Of a stretch of DNA of 64,000 bases, positions 38,821-48,967 are shown piece by piece. The DNA lies in contig CBINFS010000017.1 in assembly GCA_966250015.1 (NCBI GenBank), forward strand, positions 3,142 to 67,141. Direction: 5' to 3'. Positions within the stretch are counted from its first letter, which is position 1, and every line of letters begins with the position of its first letter. A program made the translations under genes and the position numbers. Source of the stretch: an uncultured bacterium. GTDB lineage: Bacteria; Bacteroidota; Rhodothermia; Rhodothermales; DASSAV01. A model generated the notes under the pieces. It did no database searches. It saw nothing but the letters and a program-made list of their open reading frames with translations, and had not been told where the DNA came from.

Positions 38821-38929
38821 TACTCGTGGACGAACGACTTACCCGAACCCAATTAAATATTATATCTTAAGGTAACAAAGCCCGGCCGGAATAAGCTAAG
38901 GAAAAGGCGGGCGTCGCGAAACCGCAACG

Positions 38930-41392
38930 TCAATCTTCTTTTTGCAGCACGACGTTGTCCTTTTTCTGGCTCACCGGCAGCTTGACGATGAACCGTGAAC
39001 CCCGTCCCGGCACACTCGTGGCCGTGATGGAACCCTCGTGGCGTTCGACGATCCGGCGGCAGATCGATAGCCCCATCCCCGTCCCCTCGTATTCGTCGTT
39101 GCCGTGCAACCGTTGGAACGGTGAAAAAATGCGATCGAGATATTTTTCGTCAAAACCCGTGCCGTTATCCTCGACCACGATGCAGCAAAAGTCCTCCCCT
39201 GCGGACTTGGCGCATTCCTCGTCTGGAAGGCAGTAAACACGAACTATCGGCCGCACGTCGGGCCTGCGAAACTTCAGCGCATTCTCGACGAGATGGTGCA
39301 ATAATTGCCGGATCTGGGTCGGATCAGCTTCAATGATCGGCAGTTCCTCGATAGTGACTTCAGCGCCGGTTTGTTCGATGGTTCCCCTGAGCTCCGACAG
39401 CGCATCCTTTACGACGAGCTTGAGGTCGATCGATTCGTAGGGTTGATCGGTCGTCGTGACACTCGAGAATGCGAGCAGGTCCGAGATCAGCCGAGACATC
39501 CGGTCCGCCGATTCGTACATCCGCTCGACGTAGAACTGTGCTTCCTCGCTCAGGGCGGCGCCCTGCTCCGTCTTCAAAAGATCGGCGAACGAGCGAATCT
39601 TCCGCAGCGGCTCCTGTAGATCGTGGGACGCGACGAAGGCAAAATCCTGCAGCTCCCTGTTCCGCTGCCCGAGCGCGCGGTTGATCCGAACCAGGTCCAT
39701 CGTACGTTGCTTTACCCGCTCTTCGAGCGTTTCACTGAGCCGTTTGAGGCGCAGCCGCTCCTTATCGAGCGCTTCGACAAGCTGCTCGCGTACCCGTTCG
39801 GCCTGCTTCCGGTCGGAAATGTCCTGGAGAAAGAAGGTGTACTTTTTTTCGCCGTTGAGGTCGAAACCGCTCCATGTGACCAGGAGTGGTACGGTGCGGC
39901 CGTCGCTGCGCCGGCCGTCGGCTTCACCTCCACGCGCCATGCGCGTCCAGAGATGGCCGGATTGACCCGGGGGCGACGTCGTGCTTCCGTTTCCGGGCAC
40001 CTGAGGCTCGATCATCTCGTCCACGTTTCGGCCAATGGCATCGTCAGCCGTGTATCCGAGGATGTGCTCCGCGGCAGGGTTGAACGCCTCCACCGTGCCC
40101 GACGAATCAGTCACGATTATCCCTTCCGCCGAAGTCTGGAGGATCGCCCGCTGCCTCCGCTCTTCGTTCTCCAGCTTCACCACCTGCTCCTGAATTTTCT
40201 CGGACATTGCCACGTAGGTGCGAGCGAGGACCCCGATCTCGTCCGTCCGATCGAGCGGCAGATCCTCACCCAGGTCTTCGCTGCCGAACCGGGAGATCGC
40301 CCGCGTGATCCGGCTCAAGGGATCGAGCAGGTAGCGGGAGAAGGCGAGCACAAGCGCAATCCCTGCGAAGCTGAACAGAAAAGTGATGAAGATGCTGCGG
40401 TTTCGAACCTGTGTCACCGCCGCCAGGACCTGCTCGTGCGGCGAGGTGACGCCGATCACCAGCGGGTGCCGGACGGAGCCCAGACCGAACTCTACCCGCT
40501 CGAAATAAGCGCTGACGGGTACTCCCGACGCCGACTTTGTCTCTTCGATCCGCGTCGAAAGTCCGTCTCCTAACACTACAGCTTCGGCATCCGGGAAAAT
40601 GTCCTGAAGGAGGTATACCCTGCCCTGCTCGTATTCAAACCCGGGGCTCAGGTCGGACCGCGTAAGCAGCTCGCCACGTTCGTTCGCAAGGTAGAGCGTA
40701 CGATCATTCCCCGCCTGCTCGCGAAGGATCCCAAACGTCTCACGCATGTCCACGTCGATCGTAATCAGCCCGAAGAGGTCGCCGTTTACGGTAAAGACGG
40801 GGGTTGAAGCGCGAAGGATCGGCACGCCGAAGCGGGTGGCGTCGCTCGAATCCGCGTTAGGCCTGATCTCCGAGATGAAGACTTCGCCCTTTGCCTGTTT
40901 GACCGCCTCCTCGTAGGAGAAGTGGTCGGAGAGATGCCGAAGCTCGGCGGATGTCGCCCGAACGATCCGCTCGTTGCGTTTTTCAACGGCGACGAACTCG
41001 CGCCCGCGGTCGCCAAGCCCGGCAAAGCTGATCCGGAAGTAGCTTGGCCGGTTCTCAAGGAAGACGTTGAAGATCTCGGCGAGCTGTCCGCGCCACTCAC
41101 GGTCGCTGATAGCGGTGACCGGATCGAGCTTAAAACCCCGCCCGCGGGCAGTCCAGATGCGAACGAGTCCCTCGACGGGTGGTGTGGCAGCTAGGAAACG
41201 TGCGTCCGACCCGATGGCCTCTACGGATGAGTTCAACCGAACCCGCACTACTGTAGCCGTGTGCTGCAACCGGTCGGTCGAGGCTTGAATGAGATGGTCC
41301 TTCGACCCTCGATATACGAGTATCCCGACGGTGGCTGTCGCGAGCCATACCAGAACGGAAAAAATTATCGCGAATCGACCACCAATGCTCAT
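38930..41392 (-). CDS. Membrane sensor histidine kinase (Cache-like, HAMP, PAS, HisKA, HATPase)
   Basis: Two TMs; RTDEIGVLA; FNPAAEHILGY; ASHDLQEPLRKI; DNGTGF, GTGMGL. Confidence 0.93.
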   Translation of the reverse strand: MSIGGRFAIIFSVLVWLATATVGILVYRGSKDHLIQASTDRLQHTATVVRVRLNSSVEAIGSDARFLAATPPVEGLVRIWTARGRGFKLDPVTAISDREWRGQLAEIFNVFLENRPSYFRISFAGLGDRGREFVAVEKRNERIVRATSAELRHLSDHFSYEEAVKQAKGEVFISEIRPNADSSDATRFGVPILRASTPVFTVNGDLFGLITIDVDMRETFGILREQAGNDRTLYLANERGELLTRSDLSPGFEYEQGRVYLLQDIFPDAEAVVLGDGLSTRIEETKSASGVPVSAYFERVEFGLGSVRHPLVIGVTSPHEQVLAAVTQVRNRSIFITFLFSFAGIALVLAFSRYLLDPLSRITRAISRFGSEDLGEDLPLDRTDEIGVLARTYVAMSEKIQEQVVKLENEERRQRAILQTSAEGIIVTDSSGTVEAFNPAAEHILGYTADDAIGRNVDEMIEPQVPGNGSTTSPPGQSGHLWTRMARGGEADGRRSDGRTVPLLVTWSGFDLNGEKKYTFFLQDISDRKQAERVREQLVEALDKERLRLKRLSETLEERVKQRTMDLVRINRALGQRNRELQDFAFVASHDLQEPLRKIRSFADLLKTEQGAALSEEAQFYVERMYESADRMSRLISDLLAFSSVTTTDQPYESIDLKLVVKDALSELRGTIEQTGAEVTIEELPIIEADPTQIRQLLHHLVENALKFRRPDVRPIVRVYCLPDEECAKSAGEDFCCIVVEDNGTGFDEKYLDRIFSPFQRLHGNDEYEGTGMGLSICRRIVERHEGSITATSVPGRGSRFIVKLPVSQKKDNVVLQKED

Positions 41393-41617
41393 TCTCTCTC
41401 AGGGCTACCCGATTGCCTGAACGCCTGCCACACGAGCCTTACCTGCGATACTGACGGCTTCCTGATACGAACGGCCGGGACCACAAAACACCGGGCTGGA
41501 ATCCGAAAGGGCAGGTTTCAACCCGCAAGTCTCTACCTGGATTATTGTACCCATATGTATACCTGTAAAGTTCTGGATACGGCATTACGCACCAGGTGAT
41601 CTAATAGGAACGATAAC

Positions 41618-41655
41618 AAAAAGCCCCCGAAGTCCCAACGACTCCAGGGGCAAAA
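41618..41655 (-). terminator. Terminator of the ECF operon
   Basis: Minus strand gcccctggagtc-gttgg-gacttcgggggc followed by a T-run. Confidence 0.75.
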
Positions 41656-41678
41656 TGAGAAGGATCTCGCGTTAAAGC

Positions 41679-42362
41679 TTACCAGTCGTAGATCGTCTCT
41701 TCTCCAAGCAGCTCTCTCAGGCGACGGTCGACGATCTCGTCCCGAGCTCTCCGGCGCTCCTCAAGACGCTCCCGCTTCTCCTGAAGCCTTTCCTGGAGCC
41801 GCTCCGCTTCTTTCTCTTCGAGCGCAGCCTTTCTCTCAAACAGGGTCTGCAGCTTCTCCCGTATTTCCGCCTCGAGCTCAGCCTTTTCAGCGGCCTCCGC
41901 TCGACGCGCCTGCCGGGCCAGAGTGCGCACTTCCTTCTCCATTTTGTCTATCTCAACCCGCTCTTCGACAAACTCTCCGTTCCAGAAGTCGAAGACCATA
42001 GGGCCATTCGGTGCAAACTCAAACCGCTCGCGTAGCTCATCCAGCTTTGGCGCCAGCTCCGCGAATTTTGTACGGTCGAAAAACTCAAATTCTGGTTGCC
42101 TGGAGCTGAAGAAGCGCACTTTGCGTGCAATTTCATCCGGATCGACGAAGAACACGTCCGACCCGTCCAGATTATCATTTTCATCATGGTGGACGATCAC
42201 TTTACCGTCCTCATCGATCACGATCACCGTCCGCTTCCCCTTGGTTACGATGGTATCCGGCGGTGCAGCCTGTGAGAAGGCGATAATGGGAAAGATCAGG
42301 CAGAGGATCAACGGCAGCACGAGTGCCGGAACCCAACGACTAAGGTATTTCGAGTGGCTCAT
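41679..42362 (-). CDS. Secreted coiled-coil protein
   Basis: Signal peptide; charged helical C-terminus ending DRRLRELLG. Confidence 0.75.
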   Translation of the reverse strand: MSHSKYLSRWVPALVLPLILCLIFPIIAFSQAAPPDTIVTKGKRTVIVIDEDGKVIVHHDENDNLDGSDVFFVDPDEIARKVRFFSSRQPEFEFFDRTKFAELAPKLDELRERFEFAPNGPMVFDFWNGEFVEERVEIDKMEKEVRTLARQARRAEAAEKAELEAEIREKLQTLFERKAALEEKEAERLQERLQEKRERLEERRRARDEIVDRRLRELLGEETIYDW

Positions 42363-42405
42363 GGGTGTTGGGTCAGGGTTGGTTTTTTGAAAAGTCCAGG
42401 TGGTA

Positions 42406-43290
42406 TCAGGGCCGCCTACGGTCGGCTCCGATCAGCTCTTGAATCCGCCGGTCGATAATCAAGTCTTTATTGATCGCACGCTCCTCCAGCCGCTTTCGAA
42501 GCTCGTCGATCTGCCGTTCAAGCTGGCGGATCTCTCTGCGACGGTTTTCCTGTTTGAGCTCGAATATCTCGTCGAGCTGCGCGCGCAGGGTTTGCAGGCC
42601 GGCGCGGTAATCCGGCGAGTCGGCCATTTCCCGTAGTTTAGCCGCAAGCAGTTGGCTTTCCTGTTCGAGCTCTTCTTCACGAAGGAGCTGCCGGTAGAGG
42701 AAGCGGTCGTGTTCCTGCACGTCGTTCAGGTAGCGCCTGACCTCTACCATCGGAAGCTGATCGGCGACCAGAGTGATTTGCTGCGCCCAGTCGCGCGCCT
42801 GATTGGCAAGCTCACTCTCGCGGCGGCGCGCCATCGTCTCGCTGAATCGGCGGAGCTCGTCGGCCTGCTGCAAAAGGATCTCGACGGGCTTGCCGGCGAC
42901 GAAGAACTCGGCGGGAGCCCTGTTTTTTAACGGTTCCGCAGCAAAGGCTTCACGGGATACGGGCGAACGGTCGCGGAAGAACACGGACACCTGCCCGTTC
43001 CCCTCCTCGCTCCCCACTTCGACCACGTTGCCGTCGTCGAAGCGGTAATAGCGGCCGTTCAGGGGAATCACCGGCTCGATCCCTTCCGTGAAGCTGAATT
43101 GAAGGTCGATTCCACGGGTGTCGAGCGATGCCGGGAGCTGCCGGGCGGGCACCTGCTTCCCGTCAACGTACACGTTCCCTTCCCGGATCAAAATCGTTCG
43201 AAGCGGCTGTGCATCGACGGTATGAACCATTGACAGGATAATGACGCCCGCAACTACCAGGCATCGAAAAATGATTGTACACCGTTTCAT
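42406..43290 (-). CDS. Secreted coiled-coil protein (C-terminus paralogous to 41679..42362)
   Basis: Signal peptide ending VDA-Q; C-terminus DRRIQELIG. Confidence 0.75.
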   Translation of the reverse strand: MKRCTIIFRCLVVAGVIILSMVHTVDAQPLRTILIREGNVYVDGKQVPARQLPASLDTRGIDLQFSFTEGIEPVIPLNGRYYRFDDGNVVEVGSEEGNGQVSVFFRDRSPVSREAFAAEPLKNRAPAEFFVAGKPVEILLQQADELRRFSETMARRRESELANQARDWAQQITLVADQLPMVEVRRYLNDVQEHDRFLYRQLLREEELEQESQLLAAKLREMADSPDYRAGLQTLRAQLDEIFELKQENRRREIRQLERQIDELRKRLEERAINKDLIIDRRIQELIGADRRRP

Positions 43291-43344
43291 AACACGCCCA
43301 TCGTTATCGATCAACAATACTTGCTCAAGCTTCGAGCCATTCGA

Positions 43345-44067
43345 TCATTCACCTATCTGGTAGGCCGGCTGGAGGCCATAACGGCCGTTGCCTTCCGACC
43401 TCACACTTTCGAACATGGATTCTCTGGGGAACATGGGTTCGCCCCAGTCCAGCGCGTCGCTACGTTCCATGAGCATCCGGACCCGCCCGTGCAACGCCCT
43501 CACCGTTTCGCCTTCGTCCCAGGCCAGGGCACCCCCTTCCAGGCGGACGTCCGATGCGTGGCCGTAGCGGCCTGAATCCGAAATCAGGGTTTCGGCAGAC
43601 AACGAAGGACCAACGGGAGCCTGTGGTTGCCGATCGGCGAGAGTTCGGGCTGCCCGTGAGGGCTGTTCCGTCGCCTGCGTAATCTGCGGTGCTTCCACCT
43701 CGGTTTGCATCACCGGAAGCGGCGAAAGTTGCCAGACCCCGAGCCCGATTATCAGCAATAACGTGGCGAACACGCCTGCCAGGCGGTAGCGGAGCGCCTT
43801 GCTGCGGGGAGCGGGCGCCCGATCGTCCCGATAGCCCGTATGCCCCTGCGTCGTCGCAATCTGCGCCATTCGCATAACCGCCTCGATGGTGCGGTTGTCG
43901 GGACGCTCGCGACGCCGATGGTCGAGAAAGAACTTGACCTCGCTGAGGGCATGGTATTCCCTCCGGAACTCCTCGTCCTCCTCGATCAATCTTCGGAAGT
44001 CCTGATGATCCGGCAGCTCGCCGTACAACGCCCGGATTATTTGCTGCTCCTTATCCATATTCTTCAC
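43345..44067 (-). CDS. Putative anti-sigma factor (single TM)
   Basis: Overlaps the sigma stop by 4 nt; ALYGEL N-domain; TM LAGVFATLLLIIGLGVW. Confidence 0.75.
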   Translation of the reverse strand: MKNMDKEQQIIRALYGELPDHQDFRRLIEEDEEFRREYHALSEVKFFLDHRRRERPDNRTIEAVMRMAQIATTQGHTGYRDDRAPAPRSKALRYRLAGVFATLLLIIGLGVWQLSPLPVMQTEVEAPQITQATEQPSRAARTLADRQPQAPVGPSLSAETLISDSGRYGHASDVRLEGGALAWDEGETVRALHGRVRMLMERSDALDWGEPMFPRESMFESVRSEGNGRYGLQPAYQIGE

Positions 44068-44690
44068 TCTACCCCGTTGAGGGGAAGGTTCGACGGTTCG
44101 ACCCAGGCCCGGTTACCCGACGCCGCCATGCTTCTCTTGAGGTTCAGCAGAGCATAGCGCATTCTGCCCAGGGCCGTGTTAATCGAACAACCGGTCAATT
44201 CAGCTATTTCGCGGAAGGTAAGCTCGGATTCCTGCCGTAGAAGCAGCACTTCACGCTGCTCGGGCGGCAGCTGGCCAATCAATTCCGCCAGCCAGTCTCT
44301 CTGGTCCCTTTGGTGAAGCACCTCGTCAACTCCGGGTTCTTCATCGGGCAGATTATCCCAGAACGATGCGCCTACCTCGTCATCCGCCGGCGTAACGTCT
44401 TTCCACTTTTTTCTTCGCCGGAAGTGGTCGAGTGCGGCATTTCGGGCGATCCGGAGCACCCACGCGATCCACCTGCCCTGTGTCGTGTAGGACCCGCGTT
44501 CCTTCCGCATGGCTGCGATGACCCTGAAAAACGTCTCCTGAAACAGGTCGTTGGCCGTCTCCCGATCGCGGACCATTCCCAACAGGTAACTGAAGACGCG
44601 TTCCTGATGCCGCTCGACCAGCATGCGGAATGCGTGCTGGTCGCCACGGTCGAGGTACGCAGCGACAAGTTCCTCGTCTGTTGGATACAT
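44064..44690 (-). CDS. ECF RNA polymerase sigma factor
   Basis: TDEELV, ANDLFQETF, WVLRIARN, LPPEQREV, TFREIA, INTALGRMRYAL. Confidence 0.95.
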   Translation of the reverse strand: MYPTDEELVAAYLDRGDQHAFRMLVERHQERVFSYLLGMVRDRETANDLFQETFFRVIAAMRKERGSYTTQGRWIAWVLRIARNAALDHFRRRKKWKDVTPADDEVGASFWDNLPDEEPGVDEVLHQRDQRDWLAELIGQLPPEQREVLLLRQESELTFREIAELTGCSINTALGRMRYALLNLKRSMAASGNRAWVEPSNLPLNGVE

Positions 44691-44854
44691 CCGGATGATC
44701 GACAGCTATTGATCGGGAGATTCACCGCAATTCGCGAATCCCACCCGTACCGGTTTCAGGGTCTCAGGGTATTAACGCAGACCGGCCCCGGATTATTATT
44801 CCGGAGCGGCACCGATTGGAATTGTTTTCGGTAAACCAGTACGGATCAAATGTT

Positions 44855-46738
44855 TCAGGTTTCGGCTGGGGCGTCGCGAGGGATCCGCACGATGGCGGTG
44901 GCACGCGGGAGATACCAGTTGTTTTCGTCCTCGATCTCGATTTGCCCTTCGCCGCCGTACTTCGGATCCTCGCTCGACCAGCTCGTCAGCCATAGCATTC
45001 CGGCAGGAGGGGCAAGCAGCGGCTCCGGAGCCGGATCGAGGTGCAAGTCCTTTCCAAGATTGAGTAGCAGCAGCCGGTCGTTACCCTCCGGCTCGAAGAA
45101 GCGAAGCACAAACGCATCACGTCCCAAAACGGCCCCGTCGAGCCCGAACGCCCCCTGTTTGCTGAAGACGGGGTCTTCCCGGCGGAGCCTGATCAGGTCG
45201 CGATGCAAGAGGTAGATTTCGTGATTCTTCTCTCGATCCGAAAAGTCGAGCCTGGACGCTTCAAACGTGCGCCGATCTCCCGGATCGGGCAGTGTGGCTT
45301 GCATCTCGGGAGTCGCCAGGTTTCGGAATTGCGTCAGAAACTCGGCGCGTCCTTTTCGCACGAGCTCGGATAGCTCGTCCGCGTGATCGGCGAAATAATG
45401 GAAGGGGGTAGACGCGGCGAACTCCTGTCCCTGAAACAGCATGGGTGTCTGGGGTCCGAGCAAGAGAAACGCCGTCATCGCCCGCAGGAGTGCTGGACTG
45501 GTCTGACAATGCAGGCGAAGCCCCCGGGCCGCATTGGCCACCTGGTCGTGGTTTTGCAGGTAGGCGACGAACCGGTTGGGGCTGAGACCGATCGTAGGGG
45601 TGCCGCGCCGTTGTTGCTGCTGCCTCGACCACTGGCCCTGGTAAAGGAATCCCCGCTTCGAGGCCGAGATGAACTCCTGCGGAGTTCCACCGTAATCCTG
45701 GTAGTACGCTTCTTTACCACCGGTGAGGGCTACCATGGCCGTGCGATGGAAATCTTCGTTCCAGAGCGCGTCGAAGCCGCAGCCACCAGCATCGATTTCC
45801 CGCAGCAGCCGAACCTCTTGTGGCTCGTTTTCCCCGATGACGAGCGTGGATCGGCCTTGTGCAGCCTCTCGAACCCGCTGGCTGATCTCACTCAGGATGT
45901 GCTGCTTTGAAGCATCAAACATGCTTTGCGTGGCATCGAGACGCAGCCCGTCAAGGTGGTATTCGCCGATCCAGCTGGTCGTGCTGGCGAGGAAGAACTC
46001 CCGGACGGGCCCGGAGAGCTTCCCATCGAAGTTGAACGCCTCTCCCCACTCCGTTTTGTATTTTTTCGAGAAGTACTCGGGAGCAAAGGGTTTCAAATAG
46101 CCGTGTTCGGGCCCGAGATGATTGTACACGACGTCAAGGATGACCCCGAGCCCCAGGTTGTGTGCCAGGTCGACGAATCGGCGAAAGTCGTCTGGCGTTC
46201 CGTAAAGCCGGGTCGGCGCGAACAGGTTCACCCCGTCGTAGCCCCACCCGAATTCGCCGGGAAAGTCGGCGACCGGCAACACTTCGAGGGTGGTCACGCC
46301 GAGGTGTTTCAGCTCGGGCAGCTCTCGGGCAGCGGCCTGCCAGGTCCCTTCTTTCGTAAACGTCCCGACGTGCAATTCGTAGATGACCTGCCCGCCGAGC
46401 CGAACGCCCCGCCAGCCGCCATCCGACCAATCATATCGGTCCGGATCGATGACTTCCGACGGTCCATCGGGACCCTCGGGCTGAAAACGCGAAGCCGGAT
46501 CCGGATACAGCTCGTCGCCACCGTCCAGGCGAAAGCGGTACTTCGTTCCGGCCCCGGCGTCGGGAGCAAACGCCGAAAAATAGCCATTCCCCTCCGGTTC
46601 GAGGGCGACTTCACTTTCCCCGCCTGGTAACGTGCATACTGCCACGACCGATCCACTGTGAGGCGCCCATACGCGGAAGTGAACCCCGCTCTCCTGTACC
46701 TCCGCTCCCACCGGAAGCCTACGCCGCCACTCTGCCAT
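44855..46738 (-). CDS. treZ: Malto-oligosyltrehalose trehalohydrolase (GH13)
   Basis: FRVWAP, PDPASRFQPEG, YELHVGTF, WGYDGV, DVVYNH, LRLDA, GENE, QNHDQ. Confidence 0.9.
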   Translation of the reverse strand: MAEWRRRLPVGAEVQESGVHFRVWAPHSGSVVAVCTLPGGESEVALEPEGNGYFSAFAPDAGAGTKYRFRLDGGDELYPDPASRFQPEGPDGPSEVIDPDRYDWSDGGWRGVRLGGQVIYELHVGTFTKEGTWQAAARELPELKHLGVTTLEVLPVADFPGEFGWGYDGVNLFAPTRLYGTPDDFRRFVDLAHNLGLGVILDVVYNHLGPEHGYLKPFAPEYFSKKYKTEWGEAFNFDGKLSGPVREFFLASTTSWIGEYHLDGLRLDATQSMFDASKQHILSEISQRVREAAQGRSTLVIGENEPQEVRLLREIDAGGCGFDALWNEDFHRTAMVALTGGKEAYYQDYGGTPQEFISASKRGFLYQGQWSRQQQQRRGTPTIGLSPNRFVAYLQNHDQVANAARGLRLHCQTSPALLRAMTAFLLLGPQTPMLFQGQEFAASTPFHYFADHADELSELVRKGRAEFLTQFRNLATPEMQATLPDPGDRRTFEASRLDFSDREKNHEIYLLHRDLIRLRREDPVFSKQGAFGLDGAVLGRDAFVLRFFEPEGNDRLLLLNLGKDLHLDPAPEPLLAPPAGMLWLTSWSSEDPKYGGEGQIEIEDENNWYLPRATAIVRIPRDAPAET

Positions 46739-47035
46739 GGTACGCCTCGAAAGGTCCGCATTTACGATTGCTACGGGAGCTTAACTACAGGGCGTCGCCT
46801 GCGCAATGCCGGGAAAGGCTGGCAGAAGAATGTAACAGCATGGAATGACTCGTTATGCCCCGGTTATCGGAGACTTCGAGTGTTCGGGCGTGTAGTAAAA
46901 ATAAGGATTTGGCGAATCCGATCCAGAGCGCGCCCGCCAGCCTTGCATGTCATCCACCCCCTACTTAGAATCACGAGGTAGCCGAACACTTTCACCCTAT
47001 CAGCCACTGTAACCGCTTTCGAGGGAAACGATTTT

Positions 47036-47761
47036 TTGTCGGTGAAGGCGATGGAAACGCGCAATGCCTATCGGACGTCGGAGGATCTTGACGCGCTCGC
47101 CGATCGGTTCAGGGATACCGATCCGGAGAGGGTGCTGCGATGGGCATTCGAGAAGTACGGATCGAGGCTGGTCCTGGCGACCGGTTTCAGCCCGTCAGGT
47201 GTCGTGCTCATGCACCTCGCGCACAAGCTGAGCCCGTCGACGCCGGTGGGTTACGTCGAAACGGACCTCCTCCTGCCGGAGACGTACGCGCTCCGCGACG
47301 AGCTGAAACGCAGGCTTGGCATCCAGTTCATCGAGATCCGCTCCAGGCTCAGTCTTCTTCAACAGGAGACCGAGTACGGCGCCGAGCTGTGGATATCGAA
47401 CCCGGAGCGTTGTTGCTACCTCCGGAAATTCCGGCCGCTCGAGCTTTTTCTCTCTCAGTACGAGGCGTGGGTGACGGGCACCTGCCGCGACCAGGCATCG
47501 AACTGCACCAGCCCAAACGTCGTCGGATGGGACGCTACTTACGGACTGGTGCGGATCAACCCACTGATCAATATGACGTCGGACGAGGTCTGGGACTACA
47601 TCGAGCGGAACGGCCTGCCCTTTAATCCGCTACATCGGCGCGGCTATCCGACCATCGAGTGTATACCCTGCACCATCGCGGCCGCATCGGGAGGGGCCGG
47701 GTGTTCGGGCTTCGACGGCGGCTCGGGTGCCATGTACGTCCCACGGGAGCTGAGAAGGTAA
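47036..47761 (+). CDS. Degenerate APS/PAPS reductase homologue (CysH-like), lacks C-terminal ECGLH
   Basis: PETY, CCYLRK, WVTG, RINPL, NPLH..GYPTIECIPCT; many consensus residues altered. Confidence 0.8.
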   Translation: MSVKAMETRNAYRTSEDLDALADRFRDTDPERVLRWAFEKYGSRLVLATGFSPSGVVLMHLAHKLSPSTPVGYVETDLLLPETYALRDELKRRLGIQFIEIRSRLSLLQQETEYGAELWISNPERCCYLRKFRPLELFLSQYEAWVTGTCRDQASNCTSPNVVGWDATYGLVRINPLINMTSDEVWDYIERNGLPFNPLHRRGYPTIECIPCTIAAASGGAGCSGFDGGSGAMYVPRELRR

Positions 47762-47830
47762 ATCCCGAGTCACGCGGCAATTTCTTTTATCAGGTTAAAC
47801 AGACGAACATTTACAGGTGAGGATTCGACC

Positions 47831-48592
47831 ATGCTGGTAGTAATGGTAAAGGACCAAGAGGAAATGGCAAAAGAGGCCGCGGCGATAATCGCCAGCCAGA
47901 TCCGCCGGAAACCGGATAGCGTCTTGGGATTTGCCACGGGCAGCACACCACTCGGCCTTTACCGGGAGCTCATCCGTTTGCATCGGGAGGAAGGCCTTTC
48001 GTTCTCGAAGGTCACGACGTTTAATCTCGATGAGTACGTCGGGCTCCCACCCCGCCATCCGCAGAGCTACAACTACTTCATGTGGACCAACCTGTTCGAC
48101 CACATCGACGTCACCCCCGAGAAGGTGCACATGCCTGACGGCATGGCGGAAGACATCGACGGCTTCTGCGAATGGTACGAAGAAAGGATCAAACAGGTCG
48201 GAGGCATCGACATCCAGATCCTCGGCATCGGGGCCAACGGACACCTCGCCTTCAACGAGCCTGGCTCGTCGCTCGGATCGCGGACCCGCATCAAGACTCT
48301 GACGGAGACGACCATTCGCGACAACGCCCGCTTCTTCGACGATCCCAACGAAGTGCCACGCTACGCGATCACGATGGGAATCGGCACGATCATGGAAGCG
48401 AAAAGGCTCCTCCTGCTTGCCAGCGGTACGGCGAAAGCCGAAGCCATCCGGAAGACGCTCGAAGGGCCCGTCACGGCAATGGTGCCCGCCACGATCGTCC
48501 AGATGCACCGCTACGCCCAGCTCCTGCTGGACCCCGAGGCAGCCTCCCTGCTCGAATACCGCCACGAACACGGCAAAACAGAGCCCCGCTGA
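47831..48592 (+). CDS. nagB: Glucosamine-6-phosphate deaminase
   Basis: GFATGSTP, TFNLDEY, LGIGANGHLAFNEPG, TMGIGTI. Confidence 0.96.
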   Translation: MLVVMVKDQEEMAKEAAAIIASQIRRKPDSVLGFATGSTPLGLYRELIRLHREEGLSFSKVTTFNLDEYVGLPPRHPQSYNYFMWTNLFDHIDVTPEKVHMPDGMAEDIDGFCEWYEERIKQVGGIDIQILGIGANGHLAFNEPGSSLGSRTRIKTLTETTIRDNARFFDDPNEVPRYAITMGIGTIMEAKRLLLLASGTAKAEAIRKTLEGPVTAMVPATIVQMHRYAQLLLDPEAASLLEYRHEHGKTEPR

Positions 48593-48613
48593 CCGTACCG
48601 GCGGATCGGAACG

Positions 48614-48967
48614 TCACGGACGGTTAATGCTCAGGCTGTCCAGGGCCCGGTCGTAGATGTTGGTGAACTCGCGGGATCGACGTGCATAGTATTCCACCGC
48701 CTCGGCGTACAGCTCCCGGTTCACTCCGTACGCAGAAAGCACCGAGTCCCGCAAAGAATCGATCGGCTCGCCGGTGTAAGTCGCGCGAGCCTCAACGAGA
48801 TTCAGCTCGACGATCAGCTGCACCATCGTCTCTTGCGAAACGGGCGGCTCGTCGTCGTTCAAAAAGCTGCATCCGGCAAACAGGAAAGAAAGGCCCACCA
48901 ACAACAGCGCTATCCACCACCAGCCAGACACCGGCAAAGTAATGGAAATGTCGTTACGAGCGGCCAT
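48614..48967 (-). CDS. DUF4296-like lipoprotein
   Basis: Lipobox FAGC; M..LIVELNLVEA...YGV....Y...V.YY......F..IY pattern. Confidence 0.7.
   Translation of the reverse strand: MAARNDISITLPVSGWWWIALLLVGLSFLFAGCSFLNDDEPPVSQETMVQLIVELNLVEARATYTGEPIDSLRDSVLSAYGVNRELYAEAVEYYARRSREFTNIYDRALDSLSINRP

Noticed and set aside
47036-47761. DndC/SspD phosphorothioation or other defence-system PAPS-reductase domain
   Set aside because: Size and motifs match assimilatory CysH, and no dnd, ssp or defence genes are adjacent
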